From contig CAJMOV010000001.1 in the NCBI GenBank assembly GCA_905215125.1, forward strand, positions 1 through 38,620: a DNA stretch of 38,620 nucleotides. Reading direction: 5' to 3'. A program made the position numbers and the translations under genes. Every line of letters starts with the position of its first letter. Positions within the stretch are counted from its first letter, which is position 1. Source of the DNA: an uncultured bacterium (GTDB lineage Bacteria; Bacillota; Clostridia; Oscillospirales; Butyricicoccaceae). Below are positions 10,139-19,083 of this stretch, one piece after another. The notes beneath the pieces are model-generated. The model worked only from the letters and a program-made list of their open reading frames with translations. It did no database searches and was not told where the DNA came from.

Positions 10139-11326
10139 TTATTTATCCATCAGGCAGTCGACGCCGGGCAGGACGCGGCCCTCCAGAAACTCCAGGCTGG
10201 CGCCGCCGCCGGTCGAAATATGGGTGACCCGGTCGGCAAAGCCCAGCTGCTCGACGGCGCTGGCGCTGTCCCCGCCGCCGATGATGGACACCGCGCCCGA
10301 CAGGGCGACGGCGCGGGCGACGGCCCGCGTGCCCTCGGCAAAGACGGGCAGCTCAAAGGCCCCCATCGGCCCGTTCCAAACAATGGTTTTGGCCTTTGAC
10401 ACGGCGGCGGCGAACAGCTCGCGCGTGCGCGGGCCAATATCAAAGCCCTCAAACCCTTCGGGGATATGCCCGGCCTCGAAGGTGGCCGTCTCGGTGTCGT
10501 TTGCAAAGGCACGGCCGGCGACAATGTCGACGGGCAGCAGCAGCTCGACCCCCTTCTGCTTTGCTTTATCCATCACGGCTTTGACCATATCCAGCTTGCT
10601 CTCGTCGCACAGCGAGCTTCCAATCTCCCCGCCCAGCGCGCGGCTGAAGGTGTACGACATGCCGCCGCCGATGAGGACGCTGTCGCACTTGTCCAGCAGG
10701 CTGTCGATGAGGGCCAGCTTATCGGCCACCTTGGCACCGCCCAGGATGGCGACAAAGGGGCGATCGGGCTTTTCCAGTGCCGCGCCCATGACCTCAATTT
10801 CCTTCTGCATCAGAAGCCCGGCGACAGCGGGAAGGAAGGCGGCGACCCCCGCCGTCGAAGCGTGGGCGCGGTGGGCTGCGCCAAAGGCGTCGTTGACGTA
10901 AAGATCGGCAAGCGACGCCAGCGCGCGGCTGAAATTCTCGTCGTTTTTTTCCTCGCCCGCTTCAAAGCGCAGGTTTTCCAGCAGAATGGCCTGTCCAGGC
11001 TGCACGGCGGCGGCCAGCGCCCGAGCGCTTTCCCCGACGACATCCTGCGCCAGAGCAACTTCCCGGCCCAGCAGAGCGCTTAAACGCGCGGCGACGGGCG
11101 CAAGGGAATACTTGGGGTTGACCTGCCCCTTGGGCCGGCCCAGGTGGGAACACAGGATAACAGCCGCCCCTCCATCCAGCAGCAGGCGGATGGTCGGCAG
11201 TGCAGCGGTGATGCGGGTGTCGTCGGCGATGACGCCATCCTGTACAGGAACGTTGAAATCACAGCGCACGAGGACTTTTTTCCCGGAAAAAGCGACGTCA
11301 GTCACCGATTTCTTGCCGAGGCTCAT
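10139..11326 (-). CDS. pgk: Phosphoglycerate kinase
   Basis: VLVRCDFNVP, LCSHLGRPKG and STGGGASLEFLEG motifs. ATG 11326 lies 7 nt after AAGGAG. The longer ORF running to 11410 passes through the promoter. Confidence 0.97.
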   Translation of the reverse strand: MSLGKKSVTDVAFSGKKVLVRCDFNVPVQDGVIADDTRITAALPTIRLLLDGGAAVILCSHLGRPKGQVNPKYSLAPVAARLSALLGREVALAQDVVGESARALAAAVQPGQAILLENLRFEAGEEKNDENFSRALASLADLYVNDAFGAAHRAHASTAGVAAFLPAVAGLLMQKEIEVMGAALEKPDRPFVAILGGAKVADKLALIDSLLDKCDSVLIGGGMSYTFSRALGGEIGSSLCDESKLDMVKAVMDKAKQKGVELLLPVDIVAGRAFANDTETATFEAGHIPEGFEGFDIGPRTRELFAAAVSKAKTIVWNGPMGAFELPVFAEGTRAVARAVALSGAVSIIGGGDSASAVEQLGFADRVTHISTGGGASLEFLEGRVLPGVDCLMDK

Positions 11327-11381
11327 GGCATACAGCTCCTTATCCGTTTTACACCGCCGGAAATACGCGGCGGCTTTGTTG

Positions 11382-11410
11382 ATTATATAGCAAAATGGGG
11401 GGCAAATCAA
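11382..11410 (-). promoter_or_regulatory. Sigma-A promoter of the pgk-tpiA-gpmI-eno operon
   Basis: On the minus strand: TTGATT (11410-11405), 17-nt spacer, TATAAT (11387-11382). Confidence 0.7.
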
Positions 11411-11460
11411 GCCAAAAAGCCCTTTTTATCCCCTGAAAAATTCTGCTTTAGCCGGCCCCG

Positions 11461-11922
11461 TTACCGTATATCCGGGAAATCGAGCTGCCGCAGCGCCTCG
11501 TAAACGACAACGGCCACCGAATTGGCAAGGTTGAGGCTGCGCGCATCCTCCCGCATGGGGATGCGCACGGCCCGTTCAGGGCAGGCGAAAATCATCTCCT
11601 CCGGTAGCCCGCGGGTCTCCTTGCCGAACATCAGGTAATCACCGTCGCGGTAACGCACGTCGCAGTGGCGCTGGGCGGCCTTTGTCGTCGCCATCCACGG
11701 CTGCGCGCCGGGGTTTTGGCGGTAAAAGGCTTCCAGATTGGGGTAGACGGTCAAATCGACCATGGGCCAGTAATCCAACCCGGCGCGTCTGACGTGTTTC
11801 TCATCAACGGAAAACCCCATCGGCTCGATAAGATGCAGCCGTGAGCGCGTCGCCGCGCAGGTGCGGGCAATATTGCCAGTATTCTGCGGGATCTCCGGTT
11901 CGAGCAGGACGATATTGAGCAT
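11461..11922 (-). CDS. trmL: tRNA (cytidine/uridine-2'-O)-methyltransferase, SpoU/TrmL family
   Basis: MLNIVLLEPEIPQNTGNIARTCAAT plus C-terminal SLNLANSVAVVVYEALRQ. ATG 11922 is preceded by GAGGTG. Confidence 0.9.
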   Translation of the reverse strand: MLNIVLLEPEIPQNTGNIARTCAATRSRLHLIEPMGFSVDEKHVRRAGLDYWPMVDLTVYPNLEAFYRQNPGAQPWMATTKAAQRHCDVRYRDGDYLMFGKETRGLPEEMIFACPERAVRIPMREDARSLNLANSVAVVVYEALRQLDFPDIR

Positions 11923-12138
11923 GTGTTGTTCACCTCGGGCAATATCATACTCCAACCCCGCCCGGCGCGCAAGCTTTTTGATGTCTTTTTATACAGGACA
12001 AATCAGCCTGTTTTTATCCGCTATTTTCCCTGATTTTGTCTTTTTACATCAGACATTCATATTGTTTTTTTATCCCATATATCCCTGTCAAAAATGCAAA
12101 AAATATGCTGTTTTCTTCAAAAATCCCGCATTTTCTGC

Positions 12139-12166
12139 TTGCAATTCTACACTCTTGTGATACAAT
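12139..12166 (+). promoter_or_regulatory. Candidate extended -10 promoter for tdh-kbl
   Basis: -35 TTGCAA (12139-12144), 16-nt spacer ending in TGa, -10 TACAAT (12161-12166). Confidence 0.6.
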
Positions 12167-12219
12167 CAGATCAACAAACGCTCTGCGCATCAAATCTGAA
12201 CAAACAGGAGTTGAGGCAA

Positions 12220-13272
12220 ATGGCAATCCCCACCATGATGGACGCCCTTGTCAAAACCGAACCGGGCAAGGGCCTTGTTCTCAAGCAGGTCCCCGTGCCG
12301 GAGGTCGGCCAGGGTGAGGTCCTCATCAAAATCCACAAGACCGCCATCTGCGGCACCGACGTTCACATTTACAACTGGGACCCGTGGAGCCAGAAAAACC
12401 TGACCCCTCCCGTCGTCGTCGGGCATGAATACGTCGGGGAAATCGCCGCCCTGGGCGCCGGGGTGACGGGGTATTCCATCGGCCAGCGCGTCTCGGGCGA
12501 AGGGCACATTGTCTGCGGCCACTGCCGCAACTGCCGCGCCGGCAACGGCCACTGGTGCAAGCACACCAAGGGCGTCGGCGTCCAGCGCGACGGCGCCTTT
12601 GCCGAATACCTCTGCATCCCTGCAACCAATGTCGTCCCCATTTCCGAAGGCCTGTCGGAGGACGTCGTCTCCTTCTTCGACGCCTACGGCAACGCCACCC
12701 ACACCGCTTTGATGTTCGACGTTGTGGGTGAGGACGTTTTAATCACCGGCGCCGGCCCCATCGGCATCATGGCGGTAGCCATCGCCCGCCACTGCGGCGC
12801 GCGCTCGGTCTTTATCACCGACGTCAACCAGTACCGGCTCGACCTGGCCAAAAAGATGGGGGCCACCGAGACCGTCAACCTCAAGACCGACAACATTGAA
12901 GAGCTGATGAAAAAGCACAGCATTGTTGAGGGCTTTGACGTCGGCATGGAAATGTCGGGCAACGGCGCGGCGCTCAACCAGCTTTTGGGCCTGATGCGCA
13001 ACGGCGGCAAGGTCTCCCTGCTGGGCATCGCCGGCCCCGGCACCGTCATCGACTGGAACGACGTCATCTTCAAGGGCCTGACACTGCAGGGCATTTACGG
13101 CCGCAAGATGTTCGAGACCTGGTACAAGATGGGCGCCATGATCGACGCCGGTCTGGATCTGACCCCCCTTATCACCCACCGTTTCCACTACACCGATTTT
13201 GAAAAGGGCTTTGAAGCCATGAACTCCGGCAATTCGGGCAAGGTCGTCCTGGACTGGACGAGCAAAAAGTAA
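12220..13272 (+). CDS. tdh: L-threonine 3-dehydrogenase (Zn-dependent MDR family)
   Basis: [23 protein letters not shown] and GAGPIG motifs. ATG 12220 lies 9 nt after AGGAG. Immediately followed by kbl. Confidence 0.9.
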   Translation: MAIPTMMDALVKTEPGKGLVLKQVPVPEVGQGEVLIKIHKTAICGTDVHIYNWDPWSQKNLTPPVVVGHEYVGEIAALGAGVTGYSIGQRVSGEGHIVCGHCRNCRAGNGHWCKHTKGVGVQRDGAFAEYLCIPATNVVPISEGLSEDVVSFFDAYGNATHTALMFDVVGEDVLITGAGPIGIMAVAIARHCGARSVFITDVNQYRLDLAKKMGATETVNLKTDNIEELMKKHSIVEGFDVGMEMSGNGAALNQLLGLMRNGGKVSLLGIAGPGTVIDWNDVIFKGLTLQGIYGRKMFETWYKMGAMIDAGLDLTPLITHRFHYTDFEKGFEAMNSGNSGKVVLDWTSKK

Positions 13273-13300
13273 ACCGAGACAGGAAAGAGGAGGAATTGTT

Positions 13301-14482
13301 GTGAAGGAAGCACTGAAAATTTTCCAAAACGAACTGGAAGGCATTCGAGACGCCGGCACCTTTAAGGACGAGCGCATCATCACGACCCCGCAAAAGGCCC
13401 GCATCGACACGACCAAAGCCAAAAACGTGCTCAACATGTGCGCCAACAACTATCTGGGCCTGTCCAACAACCCCGACCTGATTGCCGCCGCCAAGAAAAG
13501 CTATGACGAATGGGGCTTCGGCCTGTCCTCCGTGCGCTTTATCTGCGGCACGCAGGATATCCACAAGCAGCTGGAAAAGAAGATCTCCGATTTCCTGGGC
13601 ATGGACGACACCATCCTCTATTCCTCCTGCTTCGACGCCAACGGCGGCCTGTTCGAGACCCTGCTGGGACCGGAAGACGCCGTCATTTCAGACGAGCTCA
13701 ACCACGCCTCCATCATCGACGGCGTGCGCCTGTGCAAGGCCAAACGCCTGCGCTATAAAAACAACAATATGGACGACCTCAAGGCCCAGCTGGAAGCCGC
13801 GAAGGACGCGCGCATCAAGCTGATCGCCACCGACGGCGTCTTTTCCATGGATGGCTATATCGCCAACCTCCAGGGCATCTGCGACCTGGCCGACCAGTAC
13901 GGCGCCCTTGTCATGGTGGACGACAGCCACGCCGTCGGCTTCATGGGCGCGCACGGCCGAGGCACGCCGGAGCACTGCGGCGTGATGGATCGCGTCGACA
14001 TCATCACCGGCACGCTGGGCAAGGCCCTGGGCGGCGCCAGCGGCGGCTATACCTCGGCCCGCAAGGAAATCGTCGACCTGCTGCGCCAGCGTTCGCGCCC
14101 CTACCTCTTCTCCAACACACTGGCTCCGGCCATCGCCGCAGCGTCCATTAAGGTCTTCGATATGCTGAGCCAATCGACGGCGCTGCGCGACAAAGTGCAC
14201 GAAAACGCCCGTTACTTCCGCGCCGAAATGGAAAAGGCCGGCTTTGACCTGCTGCCCGGCGAGCATCCCATCGTCCCCGTCATGCTGTACGACGCCAAGA
14301 TCGCCAACGAGTTCGCCCGCCGTATGCTGGAAAAGGGGGTCTATGTCGTCGGCTTCTGCTATCCCGTTGTCCCCAAGGGCCGCGACCGCATCCGCACCCA
14401 GATTTCCGCCGGCCACAGCAAGGAAGACCTCGACTTCGCCGTCCAGTGCTTCAAAGAAGTCAAGGCGGAAATGGGCATCTAG
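13301..14482 (+). CDS. kbl: Glycine C-acetyltransferase (2-amino-3-ketobutyrate CoA ligase)
   Basis: GTG start after [32 protein letters not shown] and TLGKALGG (PLP Lys) motifs. Confidence 0.93.
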   Translation: MKEALKIFQNELEGIRDAGTFKDERIITTPQKARIDTTKAKNVLNMCANNYLGLSNNPDLIAAAKKSYDEWGFGLSSVRFICGTQDIHKQLEKKISDFLGMDDTILYSSCFDANGGLFETLLGPEDAVISDELNHASIIDGVRLCKAKRLRYKNNNMDDLKAQLEAAKDARIKLIATDGVFSMDGYIANLQGICDLADQYGALVMVDDSHAVGFMGAHGRGTPEHCGVMDRVDIITGTLGKALGGASGGYTSARKEIVDLLRQRSRPYLFSNTLAPAIAAASIKVFDMLSQSTALRDKVHENARYFRAEMEKAGFDLLPGEHPIVPVMLYDAKIANEFARRMLEKGVYVVGFCYPVVPKGRDRIRTQISAGHSKEDLDFAVQCFKEVKAEMGI

Positions 14483-14560
14483 ATTATTTTGCCGCTGTCC
14501 CCGCGAAGCTCACCGCATTCGAGCTTTTGCAGGGATCCCTTTCCCAAGCCTATATCAATA

Positions 14561-14592
14561 AAAAAAGCAAGGCGCCCCGCCTTGCTTTTTTA
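14561..14592. terminator. Bidirectional rho-independent terminator (kbl on the plus strand, Moco-operon tail on the minus strand)
   Basis: gcaaggcg-ccc-cgccttgc hairpin flanked by an A-run (14561-14566) and a T-run (14586-14591). Confidence 0.85.
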
Positions 14593-14982
14593 TTCCAGAG
14601 AAAACTCTCCCGTAACCAAAACCGAGCGCCCGTCGCCCTCCAAGGCATCAACGCAAACGCGATACCTTCCAGGCCCCAGTCCATCAAACGCGGCCAGGCT
14701 GTACGTCCGCCGTGTACCGGCGCGCGCCGTCAGACCGATGTCATACCATAGCTTGTCCGGCCCGGATATGGCCATCCATCCATCTGCTTCCATTCGCTCA
14801 AGGCGCCAGGCTTCCCCGATGGAAAAGCTCCGCCACGGCGCGGCGCGCCAGACGCCGGTGATCTCCTGCGTACCGGCGGGGTAAACGTCCCTTTCCATCT
14901 CAATCCGCGGGGGCGCGAAATGCCACCCTGCCAGCGCGCACAGCACGACGAGCGCAAATGCGAAAGGCAGCCCCTTCTTCAT
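14590..14982 (-). CDS. Hypothetical signal-anchored or secreted protein
   Basis: 130 aa with N-terminal MKKGLPFAFALVVLCALAGW. The remainder is beta-rich (WRLERMEADGWMAI, GRYRVCV). The ATG lies 2 nt after the upstream stop, with no SD sequence. Confidence 0.6.
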   Translation of the reverse strand: MKKGLPFAFALVVLCALAGWHFAPPRIEMERDVYPAGTQEITGVWRAAPWRSFSIGEAWRLERMEADGWMAISGPDKLWYDIGLTARAGTRRTYSLAAFDGLGPGRYRVCVDALEGDGRSVLVTGEFSLE

Positions 14983-14984
14983 CG

Positions 14985-15203
14985 TTATTTTTCAATATAT
15001 CCCACGCCGCCGCAGGCTTTGCACACGCGCGCAACCTTGATCCCTAGCAGGGGGATCCTTTTGACCCGGCAACCGATGCCCCCACATACGGTACAGGGGG
15101 TGTTGCCGCCCTCCCGTCCGACAGGCAGACCCTTGGCCCTGCGGTAGGCCTGATAACTCTGGATGACGTCCTCATCGCTTTCCTGATACCGGTTCATTTC
15201 CAT
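14985..15203 (-). CDS. Small DnaJ-type zinc-finger protein (two CxxCxGxG repeats, no J-domain)
   Basis: CTVCGGIG and CKACGGVG motifs. A GGAGG overlaps the upstream stop. The better-spaced start is ATG 15197 (70 aa); ATG 15203 gives 72 aa. Confidence 0.6.
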   Translation of the reverse strand: MEMNRYQESDEDVIQSYQAYRRAKGLPVGREGGNTPCTVCGGIGCRVKRIPLLGIKVARVCKACGGVGYIEK

Positions 15204-15208
15204 TCCTC

Positions 15209-16132
15209 CTAAAGTACTGTAACGGCGTCACCCGCACGGGCCGCGCCCTTTTCCAGCACGCGGACAAAAATGCCCTCGCGCGGCATGACGCAGTCGCCGG
15301 CCAGCCGGCGGATTTCGCAGTCGTTGTGACATTCCTTACCAATCTGCGTCACCTCGCACAGCGCCGTGCCAATGCGCAGGCGCGTCCTGACAGGCAGTTG
15401 GTACAGGCAAAGCCCTTCGGTCAAAATATTCTCTGCAAACGCGCCGGGGGAAAGGGGAAAGCCCACCTGCCCCTGCACTTTGGCGACGCTTTCCGCCCCC
15501 AGCAGGCTGACCTGGCGGTGCCAGCTGCCGGCGTGAGCGTCGCCGACAATGCCGTGATCCGGCAAAAGCTCAATGCTTTCCACCGGGTGCTTCTGTACCC
15601 CCCGTATCTCGCTGATGCACACAGCGCGGATGACGCCGCCCGGCGCACAGCCGGCCGATCCTGCCGAGCGCAGCATATCCACCCCGTGGCGCAGCGCGTC
15701 AAGCACGGCGAGCAGGTTTTCCCGCGCCGCCTTCTCACTGCCCGGCAGGTTGACTATCAGGGTACTGCCCCGGATGCCGGCCGCCGCGCGGGACAGGCAG
15801 GCCCGCGGGGTAACGGCCATGCTCGCCATGCGCATGGCTTCCGGGATGCCCCGCGTTTCCCGCTCGACGACGCTTAGCGTCGCTTCCGGCGTGACGTCGC
15901 GGGGGGAAAAGCCAGTGCCCCCTGTTGTCACGACAAGGGCCAATCCCTTCTCATCACAGCAGCGGACGAGCTCGTGCTCGATTTCCCCCTGTTCGTCAGG
16001 CAGGACGGCAGTATGCTCGACAAGCCAGCCCGCCCCCTCCAAAAGGGAACGGACGGCGGGGCCGCTGGTATCCATCCTCTCTCCGCGTGACGCCTTGTCG
16101 CTGACAGTCAAAACAGCCGCCCGGTAGGTCAT
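15209..16132 (-). CDS. MogA/MoaB-type molybdopterin adenylyltransferase domain fused to a MOSC domain
   Basis: Starts MTYRAAVLTVSDKASRGE, with TTGGTGFSPRDVTPEA (MoCF_biosynth). C-terminal MOSC-like half (IRGVQKHPV...HGIVGDAHAG...RQVSLL...CEVTQIGKECH). ATGA overlap with the upstream gene. The 434-aa ORF extension is Arg-rich read-through. Confidence 0.85.
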   Translation of the reverse strand: MTYRAAVLTVSDKASRGERMDTSGPAVRSLLEGAGWLVEHTAVLPDEQGEIEHELVRCCDEKGLALVVTTGGTGFSPRDVTPEATLSVVERETRGIPEAMRMASMAVTPRACLSRAAAGIRGSTLIVNLPGSEKAARENLLAVLDALRHGVDMLRSAGSAGCAPGGVIRAVCISEIRGVQKHPVESIELLPDHGIVGDAHAGSWHRQVSLLGAESVAKVQGQVGFPLSPGAFAENILTEGLCLYQLPVRTRLRIGTALCEVTQIGKECHNDCEIRRLAGDCVMPREGIFVRVLEKGAARAGDAVTVL

Positions 16133-17091
16133 CTTTCTTCCTCCCTGCAAAAATCGCCGTGTTGTCCGCCCGTTTTGCGCAACAGACGCACGTCGGTGAT
16201 AACGATGTCCTTCTGCACCGCCTTGCACATATCGTAGACGGTCAGGGCCGCCGCCGTGACGGCGGTCAGGGCCTCCATCTCGACGCCGGTCCGTCCGCTG
16301 CACCGCACGACGGCGCGGATCTCGACGGCGCAGGTCTCCTCGTCCAGCCACAGCCTGAGATCGGCCCCGTCCAGCGCGACGGGGTGGCACAAGGGAATGA
16401 GATCGGCCGTCCGCTTGGCCCCCATGACGCCGGCCAGCTGTGCCGCTGTCAGCACGTCCCCCTTCTTCATGCCGCCGTTTTGGATGAGCGACAGCGTCTC
16501 CCGGCTGACGCATACCCGCGCCGCCGCCTCTGCCGTGCGCCGGCTGGGGGCTTTGCCCCCCACGTCGACCATATGGACGCGGCCCTCGGCGTTAAAGTGG
16601 GTAAAATCCTTGCTGTTTTTCATAATAAACTCCGCCAATTCCTCTGTTTGTCCGGGCGCAAAGCGCGGCCCGGCGCTTTTGACGCTTTGATCGTCGGTGA
16701 CGATGGCGGCGTACCGTTCTGGCCCAGCAGGCAGGCCCTTGCCGCAGGCGCGCCGGCAAACGCCGATCTGGGTCAGCCCCTCCTGCTTATACCCTTCGAC
16801 CAACAGGATATCGACATCCCGCGCCAGGGCGGCGGCAGCGGAAAAATCGCGCCCGCGATTTTCCATACACGCCGTTTTTTGCGGGGACACGAGCACGACG
16901 CAGGCGGCCCCGGCGCGGGAAAAGCGCCAGGAATCCTTGCCCTCGCGGTCGATTTCAAAGCCGTGCCCGTCGTGCTTGACCACGCCGACGCGCAGCCCGC
17001 GTGCGCGCAAAAGGGGGATAAGAGCTTCGATGATGGTCGTCTTGCCCGCGCCGGAATAGCCGGCGAAGGCAAGCACAGGGATGCCCGCCAT
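16129..17091 (-). CDS. MobB (GTP-binding Moco guanylyltransferase adaptor) fused to MoaC (cyclic pyranopterin monophosphate synthase)
   Basis: N-terminal half: VLAFAGYSGAGKTTIIEALI...VGVVKHDGHGF. C-terminal half: KGDVLTAAQLAGVMGAKRTADLIPLCHP...GVEMEALTAVTAAALTVYDMCKA. ATG 17091 lies 6 nt after GGAGG and 2 nt after the moaA stop. Confidence 0.88.
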   Translation of the reverse strand: MAGIPVLAFAGYSGAGKTTIIEALIPLLRARGLRVGVVKHDGHGFEIDREGKDSWRFSRAGAACVVLVSPQKTACMENRGRDFSAAAALARDVDILLVEGYKQEGLTQIGVCRRACGKGLPAGPERYAAIVTDDQSVKSAGPRFAPGQTEELAEFIMKNSKDFTHFNAEGRVHMVDVGGKAPSRRTAEAAARVCVSRETLSLIQNGGMKKGDVLTAAQLAGVMGAKRTADLIPLCHPVALDGADLRLWLDEETCAVEIRAVVRCSGRTGVEMEALTAVTAAALTVYDMCKAVQKDIVITDVRLLRKTGGQHGDFCREEER

Positions 17092-17093
17092 GC

Positions 17094-18041
17094 TTAGCCT
17101 CCTATCTCGTTCATGTCCTTTTCCGCCCCGCTGGGACATTCAGCCGCCAGCGGGCCGTGCTTTTCCGGCTTGAGGGCAACGGCTTTGATAAAAGCGGCCC
17201 GCATGCCGTCAAAATCCAGCCCCCGGATATCGACGCCTTGCGGCATATGCAGACAGGGGAGGATTTTCCCGTCCGCCGTCAGCCGCAGACGGCTGCACCG
17301 GCCGCAGAAATGGTCGCTGAGGGGGCGGATAAGCCCCACCCGGCCCTGCGCGTCGGGCGCGCGGTAGAGCCGCGCCACCCCTTCGGCCCCTTCCGGCTTG
17401 AACTGAGGCAGGCGGCGCAGCACCTCTTCACAGGAAAGATAGGCTTCCGCTCCAAAGCCGCCGCAGCCCATGGGCATCAGCTCGATAAAGCGCACGTCGA
17501 CAGGATAGCGTAGCGCAAGCTCTGCCAGGGCGGGAATCTCGCCGTCGTTCCATCCGCCGATGAGCACGCAGTTGACCTTGACCCTGTCAAAGCCGGCGTC
17601 CAGCGCCGCGCGCAGGCCGGCGATGGCGTCATCCAGCCTGCCGCCCCGCGTCATGGCGGCGTATTTGTCCGCGTCCAGCGTATCCAGGCTGACGTTGACG
17701 CGGCGCACGCCGGCGTCGCGCAGCGGCCGCGCCAGGGCGGGCAGCAGGACGCCGTTTGTCGTCAGGCACAGCTCCTCCACCCCCGGCACAGCGCTGACGG
17801 CGCGGCAGAGGGGAAGGATGTCCCCCCGCGTAAGCGGCTCTCCCCCCGTGACGCGCACCTTGCGCACGCCGAGCGACGCCGCGGCGCGCACCGCCGTCAG
17901 CATTTCCGCTGCCGGCAGCAGCCCGCCGGCAGGGAGGGGGTGCCCGCCGCTTTCCGGCATACAATAGCGGCAGCGCAGGTTGCACCCCTGCGTCACCGAC
18001 AGGCGCAGATAATTGATTACACGGCCAAAGCCGTCGCGCAT
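17094..18041 (-). CDS. moaA: GTP 3',8-cyclase (radical SAM)
   Basis: YLRLSVTQGCNLRCRYC radical-SAM motif, GGEPL, and C-terminal CGRCSRLRLTADGKILPCL second-cluster motif. ATG 18041 follows GGGAGG. A TTG at 18059 is an alternative start. Confidence 0.93.
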   Translation of the reverse strand: MRDGFGRVINYLRLSVTQGCNLRCRYCMPESGGHPLPAGGLLPAAEMLTAVRAAASLGVRKVRVTGGEPLTRGDILPLCRAVSAVPGVEELCLTTNGVLLPALARPLRDAGVRRVNVSLDTLDADKYAAMTRGGRLDDAIAGLRAALDAGFDRVKVNCVLIGGWNDGEIPALAELALRYPVDVRFIELMPMGCGGFGAEAYLSCEEVLRRLPQFKPEGAEGVARLYRAPDAQGRVGLIRPLSDHFCGRCSRLRLTADGKILPCLHMPQGVDIRGLDFDGMRAAFIKAVALKPEKHGPLAAECPSGAEKDMNEIGG

Positions 18042-18045
18042 GGCT

Positions 18046-19062
18046 TTAATACCTCCCAAAGGTACAGTTGGGGAAATGGCAGGCGGGGCACAGCTGGCAC
18101 AGCCCGCCGTCGCCCAGGCGGATGAGATCCTCCCGCGTTAGCCTGCTTTCGGCGAAGATCTGCGGCAGCAGCACGTCGAAAAGGGTGGTGGGCAGGCTGA
18201 TGGCCGCGCCCGGTACGCCCAGGATGGCGGCGCCGCCCAGATAGGCGACAAGGGTCATGTTGCCCGGCTGGGACGGCACGCCGTGGGTGATGACGTCCGC
18301 CCCAAGCCGGCGCACGGCAGACGGCGTCACATCATCCGGATCGACCGACATGCCCCCCGTAAGGATGAGTAGATCGGCGCCCTGTGCCAGCAGCCTGCGC
18401 GCCGCGGACACGATCATGTCCTCGTCATCGTCGCACAGGACGGCATCCAGCACTTCGCAGGGGTAGCGCCCCAGCTTTTGCCGCACGACCGGCTCAAATT
18501 TGTCGGCAATGCGGCCACTGTACACCTCTGACCCTGTGATGATAACGCCGGCCCTTTTGGGCCGGTAGGGGAGAAGGTCGAGCAGCTTCTTTCCGGCGCA
18601 CAGCCTTTCAGCCGCTGCGATGTTTTCCTCCCGCGTCGTGAGCGGCACGATGCGTATGGATGCCAGCCGCGCCCCCTTTTCCACAGGGTAATGGTCGGGC
18701 AGGGTGGAAATGGTGACGTCGGCAATGCCGTTGACGGCGCGCAGAAGCTGGACGTCGACCCGGAACATGCCCCGTGTGTCAGCCAGCAAAAGCACTTTCC
18801 CTTCCGACGGCTCTGTGTAATGGGCCCCCGCGACGGGGGCAAGGGCGGCAAGGCGGCGGGCGGCGTCCTCCTCATGGATTTCGCCGGCCTGATCCTCCCA
18901 CACAAACAGGGTCTTTTTGCCCAGGTCGAGCAGGGCGGGGACGTCCTCCGGCCGGACGACGTGGCCGCGGCGGAAGGCCGCCCCCTTAAACCCGTCCCGC
19001 ATGGCGGTGATATCATGGAAGAGCGTCAGGCCGACGGCCTGTTCCGTTGCGATTTTTTTCAT
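18046..19062 (-). CDS. Molybdopterin-binding (MoCF_biosynth) MoeA-like protein with a C-terminal Cys cluster
   Basis: 338 aa. VIITGSEVYSGRI...LLILTGGMSVDPDDVTP core. C-terminal CQLCPACHFPNC. Distinct from the canonical moeA immediately upstream. Confidence 0.75.
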   Translation of the reverse strand: MKKIATEQAVGLTLFHDITAMRDGFKGAAFRRGHVVRPEDVPALLDLGKKTLFVWEDQAGEIHEEDAARRLAALAPVAGAHYTEPSEGKVLLLADTRGMFRVDVQLLRAVNGIADVTISTLPDHYPVEKGARLASIRIVPLTTREENIAAAERLCAGKKLLDLLPYRPKRAGVIITGSEVYSGRIADKFEPVVRQKLGRYPCEVLDAVLCDDDEDMIVSAARRLLAQGADLLILTGGMSVDPDDVTPSAVRRLGADVITHGVPSQPGNMTLVAYLGGAAILGVPGAAISLPTTLFDVLLPQIFAESRLTREDLIRLGDGGLCQLCPACHFPNCTFGRY

Positions 19063-19083
19063 ATTGCGGTCCCCCTTCGGCGT

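Noticed and set aside
12005-12075. Repeated tttttatcc motifs (about 12012-12020 and 12066-12074) in the trmL-tdh spacer as DnaA half-boxes or operator sites.
   Set aside because: There are only two short, AT-rich, imperfect copies about 15 kb from dnaA. This is compatible with chance in an AT-rich promoter spacer.
16133-16513. N-terminal extensions of tracked ORFs. Examples are 15209..16513, 19084..20583, 21344..22168, 22030..22938, 10139..11410, 12094..13272, 23051..23980 and 25765..26865.
   Set aside because: The extensions are Arg/Gly/Pro-rich read-through into the upstream gene or a promoter. In each case an internal ATG with a GGAGG-type RBS, and a junction adjacent to or overlapping the upstream stop, gives a product of canonical length.
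16159-17097. 312-aa plus-strand ORF antisense to the MobB-MoaC gene. Similar shadow ORFs occur at 9478..10227, 10466..11083, 12739..13449, 13688..14416, 26122..26844, 26976..27587, 30269..31267 and 36623..37513.
   Set aside because: All are antisense or out of frame relative to genes with clear family motifs, and none has an RBS or motif of its own.
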